Shown here piece by piece: positions 41,939-51,775 of a DNA stretch of 64,000 nt (position 1 is the first letter of the stretch; the number at the start of each line of letters is the position of its first letter). Both the position numbers and the translations under genes were made by a program. The stretch lies in contig DPRG01000105.1 in assembly GCA_003538775.1 (NCBI GenBank), forward strand, positions 12,476 to 76,475, in the 5' to 3' direction. Origin of the DNA: Thermotogota bacterium. GTDB lineage: Bacteria > Thermotogota > Thermotogae > UBA12178. Under the pieces are notes generated by a model. That model did not search any database. It was not told where the DNA came from and saw only the letters and a list, made by a program, of their open reading frames with translations.

Positions 41939-43306
41939 ATGGGAGAAATGGCGTACAGTAGTGCTCGGGAGATGATCTTTGGATTTGCCAAAAAGCCGGT
42001 GAACGTGGGAAACGAGCTTATCATCGGAAATGGGAGAGTGATTCCAGAGGTCAATTTCACCCTTCCATCTGTGAATCTGGATGAAGAGAATGTTCCAGAA
42101 ATCAGAGAAAGATTCAAAGATATTGCGAACCGAATCATGAAAAGATGTGTGGAGTTACAACAGGAGGAAGTGGTAATTGAGTTCGAGCATTTGTTTGATA
42201 TGACCGAAAGACCGGATTTTGGTGCACAGCTCACGAAGGATCTCAAAGAAGTCATTGAGAAGTACTATCAATCACACGGCATCAAAGCTGCTCTGAGAGT
42301 TACCATAGCTGATATTCGTGACAGAGTCCGACCGCCCAGGATGAGAAGTGGCAGAGAGATTGAGACGATGCTACGTTCATTCGAGCTCTGCGCTGATGCG
42401 GGCGCCGATATACTGTCCATCGAAAGTACCGGCGGAAAAGAGATTTCCGATAACGCTTTGATGATGGGGGACGTGGAAGGAGTGTTGTTCGCACTCGGTG
42501 TTTTGGGACCAAGAGATATGGAGTTCTTGTGGAACGAGATAGTTTCGATAGCTCATCGTTATGACGCTGTCCCAGGAGGAGATACGGCATGCGGTTTTGC
42601 CAACACTGCCATGCAATTGGCACATCAGGGGTTGTTACCGAAGGTGCTGGCCGCCGTTGTGCGTCTTATGAGCGCTCCGCGGTCTTTGGTGGCAGTGGAA
42701 GTGGGAGCAGTTGGCCCGCTCAAAGACTGTGGGTATGAGAACCCGGTAATCAAGGCTATCACAGGGGTTCCCATTAGCATGGAAGGTAAGACAAGCGCGT
42801 GCGCTCATTCGTCGCCCTTAGGAAACATCGCGGCTGCGGTGTGCGATCTTTGGAGCAACGAGTCTGTCCAGGATGTAAAACTTCTAAGCGGCAATACACC
42901 CGAAGTCTTCACCGAGATGCTCATCTACGACTGCAGGCTGATGAACACAGCCATAAAAGCGGGCAAGGCCGAATCTTTGCGAGACCTTATGGTGGATTCT
43001 GATCGTTTTCTCGATCCACAGGCCCTGGTTCTCGATCCAGAAATCATGTATGAAGCGGCTCATGTGGTCGTCAGAGTGGGGGAAGATAAATACAAACAAA
43101 CAGTTGCCGTTTCAAGATATGCCTATGAAGTTGTGAAAGAAGCTGAAACGACCGGCAAGGTAAAACTACGCGATGTTGAAAAGAAATGGCTTGAGAAAGT
43201 AGGAAAAATCCTGGAACACCTACCTGAAGAAGAGGAAGAGTTCTATGCTAAGGTAAAGGCAAGATATGAAGGACATTTTGTCCCCGAAGAGTACGGACTG
43301 AAGTGA
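41939..43306 (+). CDS. MtaB-family methanol:corrinoid methyltransferase-like protein (MT1)
   Basis: N-term MAYSSAREMIFGFAKKPV...IPEVNF and internal SAPRSLVAVEVGAVGPLKDCGYEN, MEGKTSACAHS motifs characteristic of MtaB TIM-barrel zinc enzymes. Confidence 0.7.
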   Translation: MGEMAYSSAREMIFGFAKKPVNVGNELIIGNGRVIPEVNFTLPSVNLDEENVPEIRERFKDIANRIMKRCVELQQEEVVIEFEHLFDMTERPDFGAQLTKDLKEVIEKYYQSHGIKAALRVTIADIRDRVRPPRMRSGREIETMLRSFELCADAGADILSIESTGGKEISDNALMMGDVEGVLFALGVLGPRDMEFLWNEIVSIAHRYDAVPGGDTACGFANTAMQLAHQGLLPKVLAAVVRLMSAPRSLVAVEVGAVGPLKDCGYENPVIKAITGVPISMEGKTSACAHSSPLGNIAAAVCDLWSNESVQDVKLLSGNTPEVFTEMLIYDCRLMNTAIKAGKAESLRDLMVDSDRFLDPQALVLDPEIMYEAAHVVVRVGEDKYKQTVAVSRYAYEVVKEAETTGKVKLRDVEKKWLEKVGKILEHLPEEEEEFYAKVKARYEGHFVPEEYGLK

Positions 43307-43328
43307 TAGGTCAATCGAGGTGCTGAGC

Positions 43329-45140
43329 TTGAATAAGATCAAGGTAAAGATCGCTGAAACGAATAGAGAGGTCTTTTGTGATAAGAATTCAAACCTTTTA
43401 CACTGTCTTCAGAATGCGGGATTTGCTCTACCTGGTGAGTGTGGAGGCCATGGAGTTTGTGGAAAATGTAAGGTTAAGGTATTATCTCCCCAGTCTCTAA
43501 CACCACCCAGCGACGCCGAAAAACGTTTATTAACACAAGAAGTGCTTAAAAGCGGTGTTCGTCTTGCTTGTCAGGTAAGATTGATTCGAGATACCAAAAT
43601 CGCTGTGTCCACCTCTGTAAAAATCGATAATACCATTCGCTTGACAGGGGAAACCCAACGCTGTGAACAGGATCCAACGTTGATCGCGAAGGCGTTTGTC
43701 ATATCTCCTGAATCTTTTGGAACTTCAAAAAGCATGCTTGAAGATTTAGAAAACACTTTGAAGGCTCGAGCCGGATCTCTGCTTGTGATAAAAACTCTTC
43801 CCCTACTTTTGGGGAAAAACGAACATCATGGCAAAGCGATAATTTACAACGACGAAATCCTGGATTTGTTACCAGCAGATTCGTCTCGTAGGCTACTCGG
43901 CCTCGCTATAGATCTTGGAACAACGACTATCGTTGGGTATTTGGACAACCTCGAAAATGGTGAGAACCTCGCGGCTTCAGTGCGGTTGAACCCGCAGCGT
44001 GCTTGGGGAGCCGATATCATTTCACGTATCTCGATCGTGATGGAAAAAACCAAACATCTGGGAAAAATGCAAAAGGCAGTTGTAAACGCCATCAATGAAA
44101 TGGCCAAAGAGTTGTGTTACAAAGCCAACGTCTCTTGTAAGGATATCTATCGCATAGTCGTGGTTGGTAATCCCACGATGGTACACATTTTGGCTGGTGT
44201 AAACCCATCCAGCATTGCAATGGCGCCATTTACCCCAGTGTTTTTGAGATATTTAGAATTTCCTGCCAAAGAACTCGGTATTTCACAGGTAAACCCTGCT
44301 TGCAAAGTTTCACTCATGCCACATGCGTCATCATACATTGGATCGGATATACTTGCGGGGCTTATCAGCTCGGAATTCTTAGAAGAAACGACAGCGCTTT
44401 ATATAGATCTTGGCACAAATGGTGAAATCGTTCTCAAAGCCGACAAACAGATTTTCGCTACTTCTACAGCAGCAGGCCCTGCTTTCGAAGGTGCGACCAT
44501 AAAGCGAGGATCTGTAGCCTGGCCAGGAGCGGTAGATCATGTCTGGATTGAGAACGACAAGCTAGGATATTCTGTGATAGGAGAACGTGAAGCCGAAACC
44601 ATTTGCGGTTCTGGTATTGTGGACTTGATCGCTATAGCTCTTAAATTAGGACTGATAGATCCCCAGGGGAAAATCGCTTCATCTCCACAAGACGAATTTG
44701 AAGGGTTCGTATGCGAAGTTGATGGGGAACGAGCTATTAGATTGTCGGAGAAGGTGTATTTAACGCAGTCTGATATTCGACAGATACAGTTAGCGAAAGC
44801 AGCCATAAGCGCTGGCGCAAGTATTCTTGTTAAAGAAAGTGGTGTTTCATTGGATGCACTCAAGATATACATTACTGGCACTTTTGGTGCCAGGCTAAAC
44901 ATCAAAAATGCGTTCAAAATAGGCTTGTTGCCCTTAGTTTCGGAGAAAAATGTTGTTCAACTTGGAAACGCTGCGGGTCTGGGTGCAAGGATGATACTTC
45001 ATAGTCGAACTCGCGAGAAACAAATCAACGAGCTCAGATCGTGTATAACAATCCTGGAACTGTCGACCGATCCTCGTTTTTCAGATGCGTTTATCGAGCA
45101 TATGCCCTTTCCCAGCGAGGACATTCAGAATAGTTTGTAA
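43329..45140 (+). CDS. RamA/RACo-type reductive activator of corrinoid proteins (N-terminal 2Fe-2S ferredoxin + ASKHA ATPase domain)
   Basis: CGGHGVCGKCKV...C plant-type ferredoxin motif followed by DUF4445/ASKHA domain (LAIDLGTTT, DLGTNGE); ~600 aa; likely TTG 43329 (track GTG 43320). Confidence 0.75.
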   Translation: MNKIKVKIAETNREVFCDKNSNLLHCLQNAGFALPGECGGHGVCGKCKVKVLSPQSLTPPSDAEKRLLTQEVLKSGVRLACQVRLIRDTKIAVSTSVKIDNTIRLTGETQRCEQDPTLIAKAFVISPESFGTSKSMLEDLENTLKARAGSLLVIKTLPLLLGKNEHHGKAIIYNDEILDLLPADSSRRLLGLAIDLGTTTIVGYLDNLENGENLAASVRLNPQRAWGADIISRISIVMEKTKHLGKMQKAVVNAINEMAKELCYKANVSCKDIYRIVVVGNPTMVHILAGVNPSSIAMAPFTPVFLRYLEFPAKELGISQVNPACKVSLMPHASSYIGSDILAGLISSEFLEETTALYIDLGTNGEIVLKADKQIFATSTAAGPAFEGATIKRGSVAWPGAVDHVWIENDKLGYSVIGEREAETICGSGIVDLIAIALKLGLIDPQGKIASSPQDEFEGFVCEVDGERAIRLSEKVYLTQSDIRQIQLAKAAISAGASILVKESGVSLDALKIYITGTFGARLNIKNAFKIGLLPLVSEKNVVQLGNAAGLGARMILHSRTREKQINELRSCITILELSTDPRFSDAFIEHMPFPSEDIQNSL

Positions 45141-45394
45141 TGTTTTCTTACCGGTTTTTTCACCTTCCACACGCACTTAAGACCTTTGGGAAAGGTGGCA
45201 AGGTCTCCTGCCTGTATGTGATATGTCTTCCCGTCAGGGGTTTCCACCTCGACTTCGCCTTCGAGAAAGTAACATGTTTCGTTGGTGTCGTAGTACCAGT
45301 CAAAAGTGGAGACTTCCTTGGTCCAGATAGGCCACTCCTTGACTTTCAGCTCCTCGAGTTTTTCTTGTGTGGGTTTTTCGATCTTCACTTCCAT
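45125..45394 (-). CDS. small cupin-domain protein
   Basis: 89 aa, cupin_3/DUF861-like beta-barrel signature (CYFLEGEVEVETPDG...AGD); overlaps activase 3' end by 16 nt. Confidence 0.55.
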   Translation of the reverse strand: MEVKIEKPTQEKLEELKVKEWPIWTKEVSTFDWYYDTNETCYFLEGEVEVETPDGKTYHIQAGDLATFPKGLKCVWKVKKPVRKHYKLF

Positions 45395-45510
45395 ATTTTC
45401 ACCTCCAGGTTTTCAGATGTTCATTTCAATGATAACACTGGTTTTCAAAAGTGTTTTGAACCACTTTTCGTTTTTCAACGTCTTACATTTTGGCAGGGAG
45501 GTGGATAAAA

Positions 45511-46704
45511 ATGCGTTCCAGGATATTGGTGTTAGGATTCTTTTTGTTGATTTTGACGAATTCACTGGTTTTTGCTGTTAAGGAAGATATTTCGCTTGAG
45601 AAAATCATAATAGTACCGAAACCCTCGGAGTTCAAGGTGGATTTGTGGTTCGACAAGAAGGAAGGTGCCACCTATAAACCTGGCGAAGATTTTACAGTCT
45701 TTGTGAAGCCTTCTCATAGCTCTTACATATATGTATTCGATATAACCCCTGATGGTGAGGTACGTCTGCTGTTTCCCAACAAGTACGAATCGAATAATTT
45801 TGTTTCCGCCAATACGATTAAGAGAATCCCAGATCCACAGTCTCAATATTCTTTGAAGGTTTCAGGAAAGCCCGGAAAAGAGATCGTGCAGGTGATAGCT
45901 GTTAAGAGTAAGCTCCGACTTGTACCGATCCCCTTGATTGAAGAGATTCCGATTCTTTCCAGGGAACCCCTGAAGTTTTTCACCGATGTGATTAAAAAAC
46001 AACTTCTGGAGGATTGGACCTCTGCAACTTCTTATTTTTACGTGGGAATTGTTCCAACCCAGGGAACGGTGGTTCTCGAATCCGAACCCCGTGGAGCATA
46101 TGTATACGTTGATGGAAGATATAGAGGCACAACCCCATTGAGGATCACACTTGACTCCGGTGATCATTTTGCTGTCTTCTATCTTGAAGGTTATGAGCCA
46201 ATAGTTCGTGATTTTGAGGTTAAATCCAACAGAGTGACGACAGTGGAAGCCATCTTCGAGAAACCCAAACGGACGGGACGGATCACAATTCGTTCGGAGC
46301 CTTTGGGGGCCCAGGTATATGTAAACGGTGTTTACAGAGGTACCACTCCTTTAGAGATTACACTGGAAGAAGGTGAGTATGAACTGAGGGTAGTCCATCC
46401 AGACTACGTGGAAGAGTATAAGCTGAATTTCGGCATTTCTCAAGGATCAAACGTGGTGTACACGTTTCCTTTCTATCAAAAAAAGCAAAAGTTAGGTACG
46501 CTTGAGATTTACAGCAATCCTCTGGGTGCGAAGGTCTTCTTAAACGGAAAGTACTATGGCGATACACCGCTAACCGTACAGATCAACGAGGGTGAATACG
46601 AGCTTGTCCTTATAAAGGAAGGTTACAGGGCTTATGTTACTCAAATAGAAGTCGATGCCAACATCCGCCAGGTAGTTTCGGTCAATTTGACAAGGATAGA
46701 ATAA
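45511..46704 (+). CDS. secreted PEGA-domain protein (DUF4384-like N-terminal domain + 3 PEGA repeats)
   Basis: Signal peptide; three repeats of Y-V-x-V/L-N/D-G-x-Y-x-G-x-TPL-x-I-x-L-x-x-G-x-Y/H (PEGA); start ATG 45511 after GGGAGGTGG. Confidence 0.7.
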   Translation: MRSRILVLGFFLLILTNSLVFAVKEDISLEKIIIVPKPSEFKVDLWFDKKEGATYKPGEDFTVFVKPSHSSYIYVFDITPDGEVRLLFPNKYESNNFVSANTIKRIPDPQSQYSLKVSGKPGKEIVQVIAVKSKLRLVPIPLIEEIPILSREPLKFFTDVIKKQLLEDWTSATSYFYVGIVPTQGTVVLESEPRGAYVYVDGRYRGTTPLRITLDSGDHFAVFYLEGYEPIVRDFEVKSNRVTTVEAIFEKPKRTGRITIRSEPLGAQVYVNGVYRGTTPLEITLEEGEYELRVVHPDYVEEYKLNFGISQGSNVVYTFPFYQKKQKLGTLEIYSNPLGAKVFLNGKYYGDTPLTVQINEGEYELVLIKEGYRAYVTQIEVDANIRQVVSVNLTRIE

Positions 46705-46750
46705 CGCCTGGGTTCAACCTTTCCCTTTATAAATAAAAACACCCTATTAA

Positions 46751-46773
46751 GCCCCCAGAATGGGGGCTTTTTT
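46751..46773 (+). terminator. rho-independent terminator (GCCCCC-agaat-GGGGGC + T6)
   Basis: Seen directly downstream of PEGA gene. Confidence 0.7.
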
Positions 46774-46780
46774 AGTTTGT

Positions 46781-46810
46781 TTGGGTAAGGTGGTGCTACA
46801 CTGGTATAAT
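46781..46810 (+). promoter_or_regulatory. candidate sigma-70 promoter (TTGGGT-N18-TG-n-TATAAT) for amino-acid ABC operon
   Basis: Extended -10 TGgTATAAT at 46802..46810. Confidence 0.45.
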
Positions 46811-46850
46811 TAAAACATGGTAACTCTCACTAAAACGGGAGGTGGCGAGT

Positions 46851-47591
46851 ATGAAAAAGTGGCTTGCGGTTTTGTTGGTAACGGTGATAGGAGTATCCCT
46901 GATGGCTGGCATCCTTGAGGAGATCAAAGCTCGCGGGTACATAGTTATGGGGACTGAAGCAACCTTTCCACCGTTTGAGTTTCGGAATGAGAAAAACGAA
47001 GTTGTTGGATTTGACATCGACATTGGTAAGAAGATCGCAGAAGCGCTTGGTGTTGAACTCAGAATCGTTGACATGCCGTTTGATAGTTTGATTCCCTCCC
47101 TTATCACTAAGAAGATCGATATAGCCATTGCAGCCATGACAATCACCGAAGAGCGCAAGAAGTCAGTGAACTTTTCAGATCCTTATTTCAAGGCAGGACA
47201 GGTAATAGTGGTTAGGAGAGGAGCACCGGCTATCAAAACCCTTGAGGAACTCAAGGGCAAAAAGGTGGCAGTGCAGCAGGGCACAACAGGTGATCTGATA
47301 GTTTCAGAGATCGAGGGAGTAAAGATAAGCCGCTTTGCTCGATTCACAGATGCCTTTCTTGAACTCATGAACGGACGTGTGGATGCCGTGGTCCTTGATT
47401 TTGCGCCGGCGAGAGCGTATGTGGCCATGTATCCTCAGCTTGTGATAACCAGCGATGTGCTTTCGGAAGAAGAGTACGGAATTGCGGTTAGAAAGGAAGA
47501 CACGGATCTCCTTGAGTTCATAAACAGTGTACTGCGAAACATGAAGAAGAGTCCTTACGATCTTCTGGTTGAAAAGTGGTTCTCGGAATGA
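46851..47591 (+). CDS. polar amino-acid ABC transporter substrate-binding protein
   Basis: SBP_bac_3 family; signal peptide; ATG 46851 after GGGAGGTGG. Confidence 0.8.
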   Translation: MKKWLAVLLVTVIGVSLMAGILEEIKARGYIVMGTEATFPPFEFRNEKNEVVGFDIDIGKKIAEALGVELRIVDMPFDSLIPSLITKKIDIAIAAMTITEERKKSVNFSDPYFKAGQVIVVRRGAPAIKTLEELKGKKVAVQQGTTGDLIVSEIEGVKISRFARFTDAFLELMNGRVDAVVLDFAPARAYVAMYPQLVITSDVLSEEEYGIAVRKEDTDLLEFINSVLRNMKKSPYDLLVEKWFSE

Positions 47592-47619
47592 ACAAGAATT
47601 GTCGGGGTTGATGAATTGA

Positions 47620-48273
47620 ATGCCGTACTGGCTGGAAGCGGTAATCGATTCGTTTCCTTATCTTCTTTCTGGAGCATTGATAACCCTTGAAATAACAGCT
47701 CTGGCCATCCTTCTTGGATTGCTTATAGGAACCTTTGTTGGAATGGCTCGTTTATCGAAAAAACGCTGGATAAATGCCCCTGCAACCGTTTATGTTGAGT
47801 TTATCCGAGGTACACCGCTTCTCGTACAGATATTCATCATATACTTCGGTCTTCCATCGCTGGGCATTTACATCGACCGATTCCCTGCGGGGGTGCTGGC
47901 ACTGGGTATCAACAGCGGGGCATATGTGGCAGAGATCGTCCGAGCGGGCATACAGTCGGTCAGCAAGGGGCAGTACGAAGCAGCTCGCTCTCTGGGCCTG
48001 AGCCATTGGCAGGCTATGAGATATGTCGTGCTGCCCCAGGCCTTTCGTAATATTCTTCCTGCCCTGGGTAACGAGTTCATAACATTGACAAAAGACAGCT
48101 CTCTCGTGTCGGTCATCGCGATAGAAGAGCTTTTGAGAAGGGGAACAATAGTAATAAGCAGAACCTTTCAATCTTTTTCGGTTTATTCCGCGGTTGCTTT
48201 GCTGTATTTTGTCATGACCTTTTCACTCTCGAGGTTAACGAGATGGGTGGAAAAGAGGCTGGCGATACCATGA
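47620..48273 (+). CDS. amino-acid ABC transporter permease (HisM/GlnP family)
   Basis: EAA loop region ...[21 protein letters not shown]. Confidence 0.85.
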   Translation: MPYWLEAVIDSFPYLLSGALITLEITALAILLGLLIGTFVGMARLSKKRWINAPATVYVEFIRGTPLLVQIFIIYFGLPSLGIYIDRFPAGVLALGINSGAYVAEIVRAGIQSVSKGQYEAARSLGLSHWQAMRYVVLPQAFRNILPALGNEFITLTKDSSLVSVIAIEELLRRGTIVISRTFQSFSVYSAVALLYFVMTFSLSRLTRWVEKRLAIP

Positions 48274-49004
48274 GCGTACTTCTGGAAGTGGAGGATCTGT
48301 GGAAGTCTTTTGGCGATCTCCAGGTGCTTAAGGGAGTGAATATGAGTTTAAAACCGGGAGAGGTGCTCGTTGTAATTGGCCCGAGTGGAGGAGGGAAGAG
48401 CACTTTTTTGCGCTGTATTAACCACCTGGAGGTTCCCGATAGAGGTCGTGTGGTTTTCGATGGCATAGAGGTAAAAGAAGGGAAAAACATAAATCTTATA
48501 AGATCAAAGATTGGAATGGTTTTCCAGCAGTTCAACCTTTTCCCTCACTTGACTGTTCTTGAAAATCTGATACTGGCACCTGTGAAAGTGAAGGGCATGG
48601 ATGAGGTCGAAGCAAAAGATAAGGCGAAGAAACTCTTGAAAAGAGTGGGACTTCTTGAAAAAGCAGACGCTTATCCTTCACAGCTTTCTGGTGGTCAGCA
48701 GCAGCGTGTGGCCATTGCGAGAGCGTTGATGATGGATCCCAAACTGATGCTTTTCGATGAGCCCACGTCGGCGCTCGATCCTGAGCTGGTGGCTGAGGTG
48801 CTTGAAGTCATGAAGACACTCGCAATGGATGGAATGACGATGATCGTGGTGACGCATGAAATGGGATTTGCAAAAGAGGTAGCCGATAGAGTATGCTTCA
48901 TGGACGGTGGGGTGATTGTTGAAGAGGCTCCTCCTGAAGTTTTTTTCACCAGTCCAAGGAACCCAAGAACCAGAGAATTTCTTTCGAAGATTCTGGGTGT
49001 GTGA
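48270..49004 (+). CDS. amino-acid ABC transporter ATP-binding protein
   Basis: GPSGGGKST Walker [16 protein letters not shown] signature, [12 protein letters not shown] Walker B. Confidence 0.9.
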   Translation: MSVLLEVEDLWKSFGDLQVLKGVNMSLKPGEVLVVIGPSGGGKSTFLRCINHLEVPDRGRVVFDGIEVKEGKNINLIRSKIGMVFQQFNLFPHLTVLENLILAPVKVKGMDEVEAKDKAKKLLKRVGLLEKADAYPSQLSGGQQQRVAIARALMMDPKLMLFDEPTSALDPELVAEVLEVMKTLAMDGMTMIVVTHEMGFAKEVADRVCFMDGGVIVEEAPPEVFFTSPRNPRTREFLSKILGV

Positions 49005-49136
49005 TTATACTGGGAAGCTGCTTGCGAGAGTTTTGATTTTTTTATAGTTTGCCAGGATGATACCCACACCTCACACTATTTATCACTGACAATGGAATGG
49101 TCTCCTGTAATAACCTGAAATTCTCCAATGTATAAC

Positions 49137-49164
49137 AGCGGCTCATTAGAGCCGCTTTTTCTTT
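49137..49164 (+). terminator. rho-independent terminator (AGCGGCTC-atta-GAGCCGCT + TTTTTCTTT)
   Basis: Seen directly after ABC ATPase gene. Confidence 0.65.
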
Positions 49165-49237
49165 ATATCAAATTTTTCGGTTCGTGTATAATAGATGTGT
49201 AGTTTTTTCGTGTTTTGAAAAAAAGGGGGAGATGCGA

Positions 49238-50449
49238 ATGGTCAGACGATTGGAAGATTACCGGCAGATCGTGGGAGATGAAGTGGTGTCGAGGATCTTG
49301 AGAAAAATGAGGCAGTTGTATGGAAAGAGCGTTCAGCACATCAATTCGACCTTTCAGGGCGGTGGTGTCGCAGAAATGCTTTGGTCCCTCATACCCTTAA
49401 AGAATGATGTCGGACTTCGTGCGGACTGGAGAATAATACACGCGAGTCCTGCCTTTTTTGAGGTTACAAAGAGTTTTCATAACGGTCTTCAAGGAGAAGA
49501 GATAAAACTCAGTGAGGATAGAAAATCTCTGTATTTGGCCACTAATGAGGAATTTTCGCGTTTTGCTCACATCGATGACAGGGATTTCATTGTCGTGCAC
49601 GACCCTCAGCCACTGGCAATGGTTTCAAATTACAGAAAGAAACAGCCGTGGATCTGGCGATGCCATATCGATCTTTCCCACCCCAACCCTATGTTGTGGA
49701 ACTTTTTGAAACCTTTCATCCTGCGTTATGATGTCGTGATAGTCTCACACGAAAGATATAAAAAAGAGGATCTTCCGGTTGAGTACAGAATAATCCATCC
49801 GGCTATAGATCCTTTAACGCCGAAGAATTCACCTCTTCCAAAAGATGAATCCAGAACTATCCTTGAACGTTACGGTGTGCGGCTTGACAAACCTTTGCTT
49901 GTTCAGATCTCGAGGTTTGACAAGTGGAAGGATCCCTTAGGAGTGCTCGAAGTGTACAAAAGGGTACGTTCAGAAGAGGACTGCAGACTGGTGCTTTGTG
50001 GTAGCATGGCGCCAGATGACCCAGAGGGTCTGCAGATTTACAACGAAGTACTGGAAAACGCAAAAGATTTGATCGAAAAAGGCGACGTGGTAACCATCAC
50101 AGCTCAGGACGATCTTCTGGTTAACGCCCTTCAGAGTCTTGCGGATGTGGTTATCCAGAAGTCCACAAGGGAAGGGTTCGGACTGACCGTGACCGAAGCT
50201 CTCTGGAAGGGGACACCTGTAGTTGCTTCGAACGTAGGAGGGATTCCGCTGCAGATTGACGATGGAATCAACGGTTTCTTGCACGAACCGAAGGATTACG
50301 ATGGTTTTGCGGATACGATCTTGAAGCTGCTGAGAGATAGAAAACTTGCAGAAAAAGTGGGTAGGGCAGGACGTGAGAAGGTTAGAGAAAAGTTTTTAAT
50401 AACAAGATTGCTTGAGGATTACATCACCCTGTTGAACGAACTGAGTTAA
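49238..50449 (+). CDS. treT: trehalose synthase, glycosyl-transferring (TreT, GT4)
   Basis: Strong collinear similarity to archaeal/Thermotoga TreT (LEDYRQIVG, HINSTFQGGGVAEML, PWIWRCHIDLS, REGFGLTVTEALWKG); ATG 49238 after GGGGGAG. Confidence 0.8.
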   Translation: MVRRLEDYRQIVGDEVVSRILRKMRQLYGKSVQHINSTFQGGGVAEMLWSLIPLKNDVGLRADWRIIHASPAFFEVTKSFHNGLQGEEIKLSEDRKSLYLATNEEFSRFAHIDDRDFIVVHDPQPLAMVSNYRKKQPWIWRCHIDLSHPNPMLWNFLKPFILRYDVVIVSHERYKKEDLPVEYRIIHPAIDPLTPKNSPLPKDESRTILERYGVRLDKPLLVQISRFDKWKDPLGVLEVYKRVRSEEDCRLVLCGSMAPDDPEGLQIYNEVLENAKDLIEKGDVVTITAQDDLLVNALQSLADVVIQKSTREGFGLTVTEALWKGTPVVASNVGGIPLQIDDGINGFLHEPKDYDGFADTILKLLRDRKLAEKVGRAGREKVREKFLITRLLEDYITLLNELS

Positions 50450-50569
50450 GGTTTGTGTGGTTGTTGTATTATGGTTCTTTTACTAACTGTGACATCAGAT
50501 GTGATTTCATAGCTGCAAAATTCTGGTAGAATACTCCAGAAGGATTGAACTCGAACTGGAGGTAGAAGC

Positions 50570-51775
50570 ATGGAAAAGTACTGTTCTTTTTGTGGCAAAA
50601 GCGCATCACATGTGGAAAGATTGATCGCTGGTCCTGGTGTGTACATATGTAACGAGTGTGTGGAGCTATTTCATGAACTCCTTGAAGAGTCGCATCAAGT
50701 CAGGTACGTTTCACAAAAGCTTCCCACGCCGAAGGAAATAAAACAGGAACTCGACAAGTATGTCATAGGCCAGGAACAGGCCAAGAAGGTTATATCTGTG
50801 GCTGTGTACAATCATTACAAGCGTATCGCCAATCACCGTAACTCGGATGTACCGATAGAGAAGTCGAACATCCTCATGATCGGCCCTACTGGATGCGGTA
50901 AAACCCTTATTGCAAGAGTCCTCGCCAAGATCCTTGACGTTCCCTTTGCCATAGCGGACGCAACACCCCTCACCGAGGCGGGGTATGTGGGTGAAGATGT
51001 TGAAAATGTGATTCTCAGGCTCTTGCAGGCTTGTAACTACGATGTGGAGAGAGCAGAGAGAGGAATTATATACATAGATGAGATTGACAAACTCGCCAAG
51101 AAGAGTCCGAACGTTTCCATAACCCGCGATGTTTCAGGAGAAGGTGTTCAGCAGGCGTTGCTTAAACTCCTTGAGGGAACCGTTGCGAATGTTCCGCCGC
51201 AGGGAGGTAGGAAGCACCCGTATCAGGAATTCATACGCGTTGATACGACCAACATACTTTTCATAGCTGGTGGAGCTTTCGATGGTCTGGAAGATATCAT
51301 AAAACAAAGGATACAGAGTACCACCATGGGTTTTGGCTCAGAGGTTAAGAGTAAAAAGGATTTCAAGATTGGTGAGGTTCTCTCTCATGTGACTCCTGAC
51401 GACCTGATACAGTACGGTTTCATTCCTGAATTTGTGGGAAGATTTCCTGTATTCACCACGCTTCATGAACTTGACGAAGAAGCTCTGGTGCGGATTCTTG
51501 TGGAACCGACTAACTCTATCGTGAAGCAGTACACGCATCTTCTGGAACTCGATGGTGTTGAGCTCGAAGTGACCGAAGATGCACTGCGCGCCTTTGCAAG
51601 AAAGGCGTTGAGCAGAGGGACAGGAGCACGGGCTTTGAAATCGGTTTTTGAGGAAACGATGATCGATATCATGTTTGAACTACCTTCTATGAAGGACGTT
51701 GAGAAGGTTGTTATAACCGCAGATGTAGTGGAACGGGGAGTTAAGCCTGTAGTGGTGAAGCGTGAATCAGCATGA
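50570..51775 (+). CDS. clpX: ATP-dependent Clp protease ATP-binding subunit ClpX
   Basis: N-terminal C4 zinc finger CSFCGK...CNEC, Walker [12 protein letters not shown]+. Confidence 0.95.
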   Translation: MEKYCSFCGKSASHVERLIAGPGVYICNECVELFHELLEESHQVRYVSQKLPTPKEIKQELDKYVIGQEQAKKVISVAVYNHYKRIANHRNSDVPIEKSNILMIGPTGCGKTLIARVLAKILDVPFAIADATPLTEAGYVGEDVENVILRLLQACNYDVERAERGIIYIDEIDKLAKKSPNVSITRDVSGEGVQQALLKLLEGTVANVPPQGGRKHPYQEFIRVDTTNILFIAGGAFDGLEDIIKQRIQSTTMGFGSEVKSKKDFKIGEVLSHVTPDDLIQYGFIPEFVGRFPVFTTLHELDEEALVRILVEPTNSIVKQYTHLLELDGVELEVTEDALRAFARKALSRGTGARALKSVFEETMIDIMFELPSMKDVEKVVITADVVERGVKPVVVKRESA

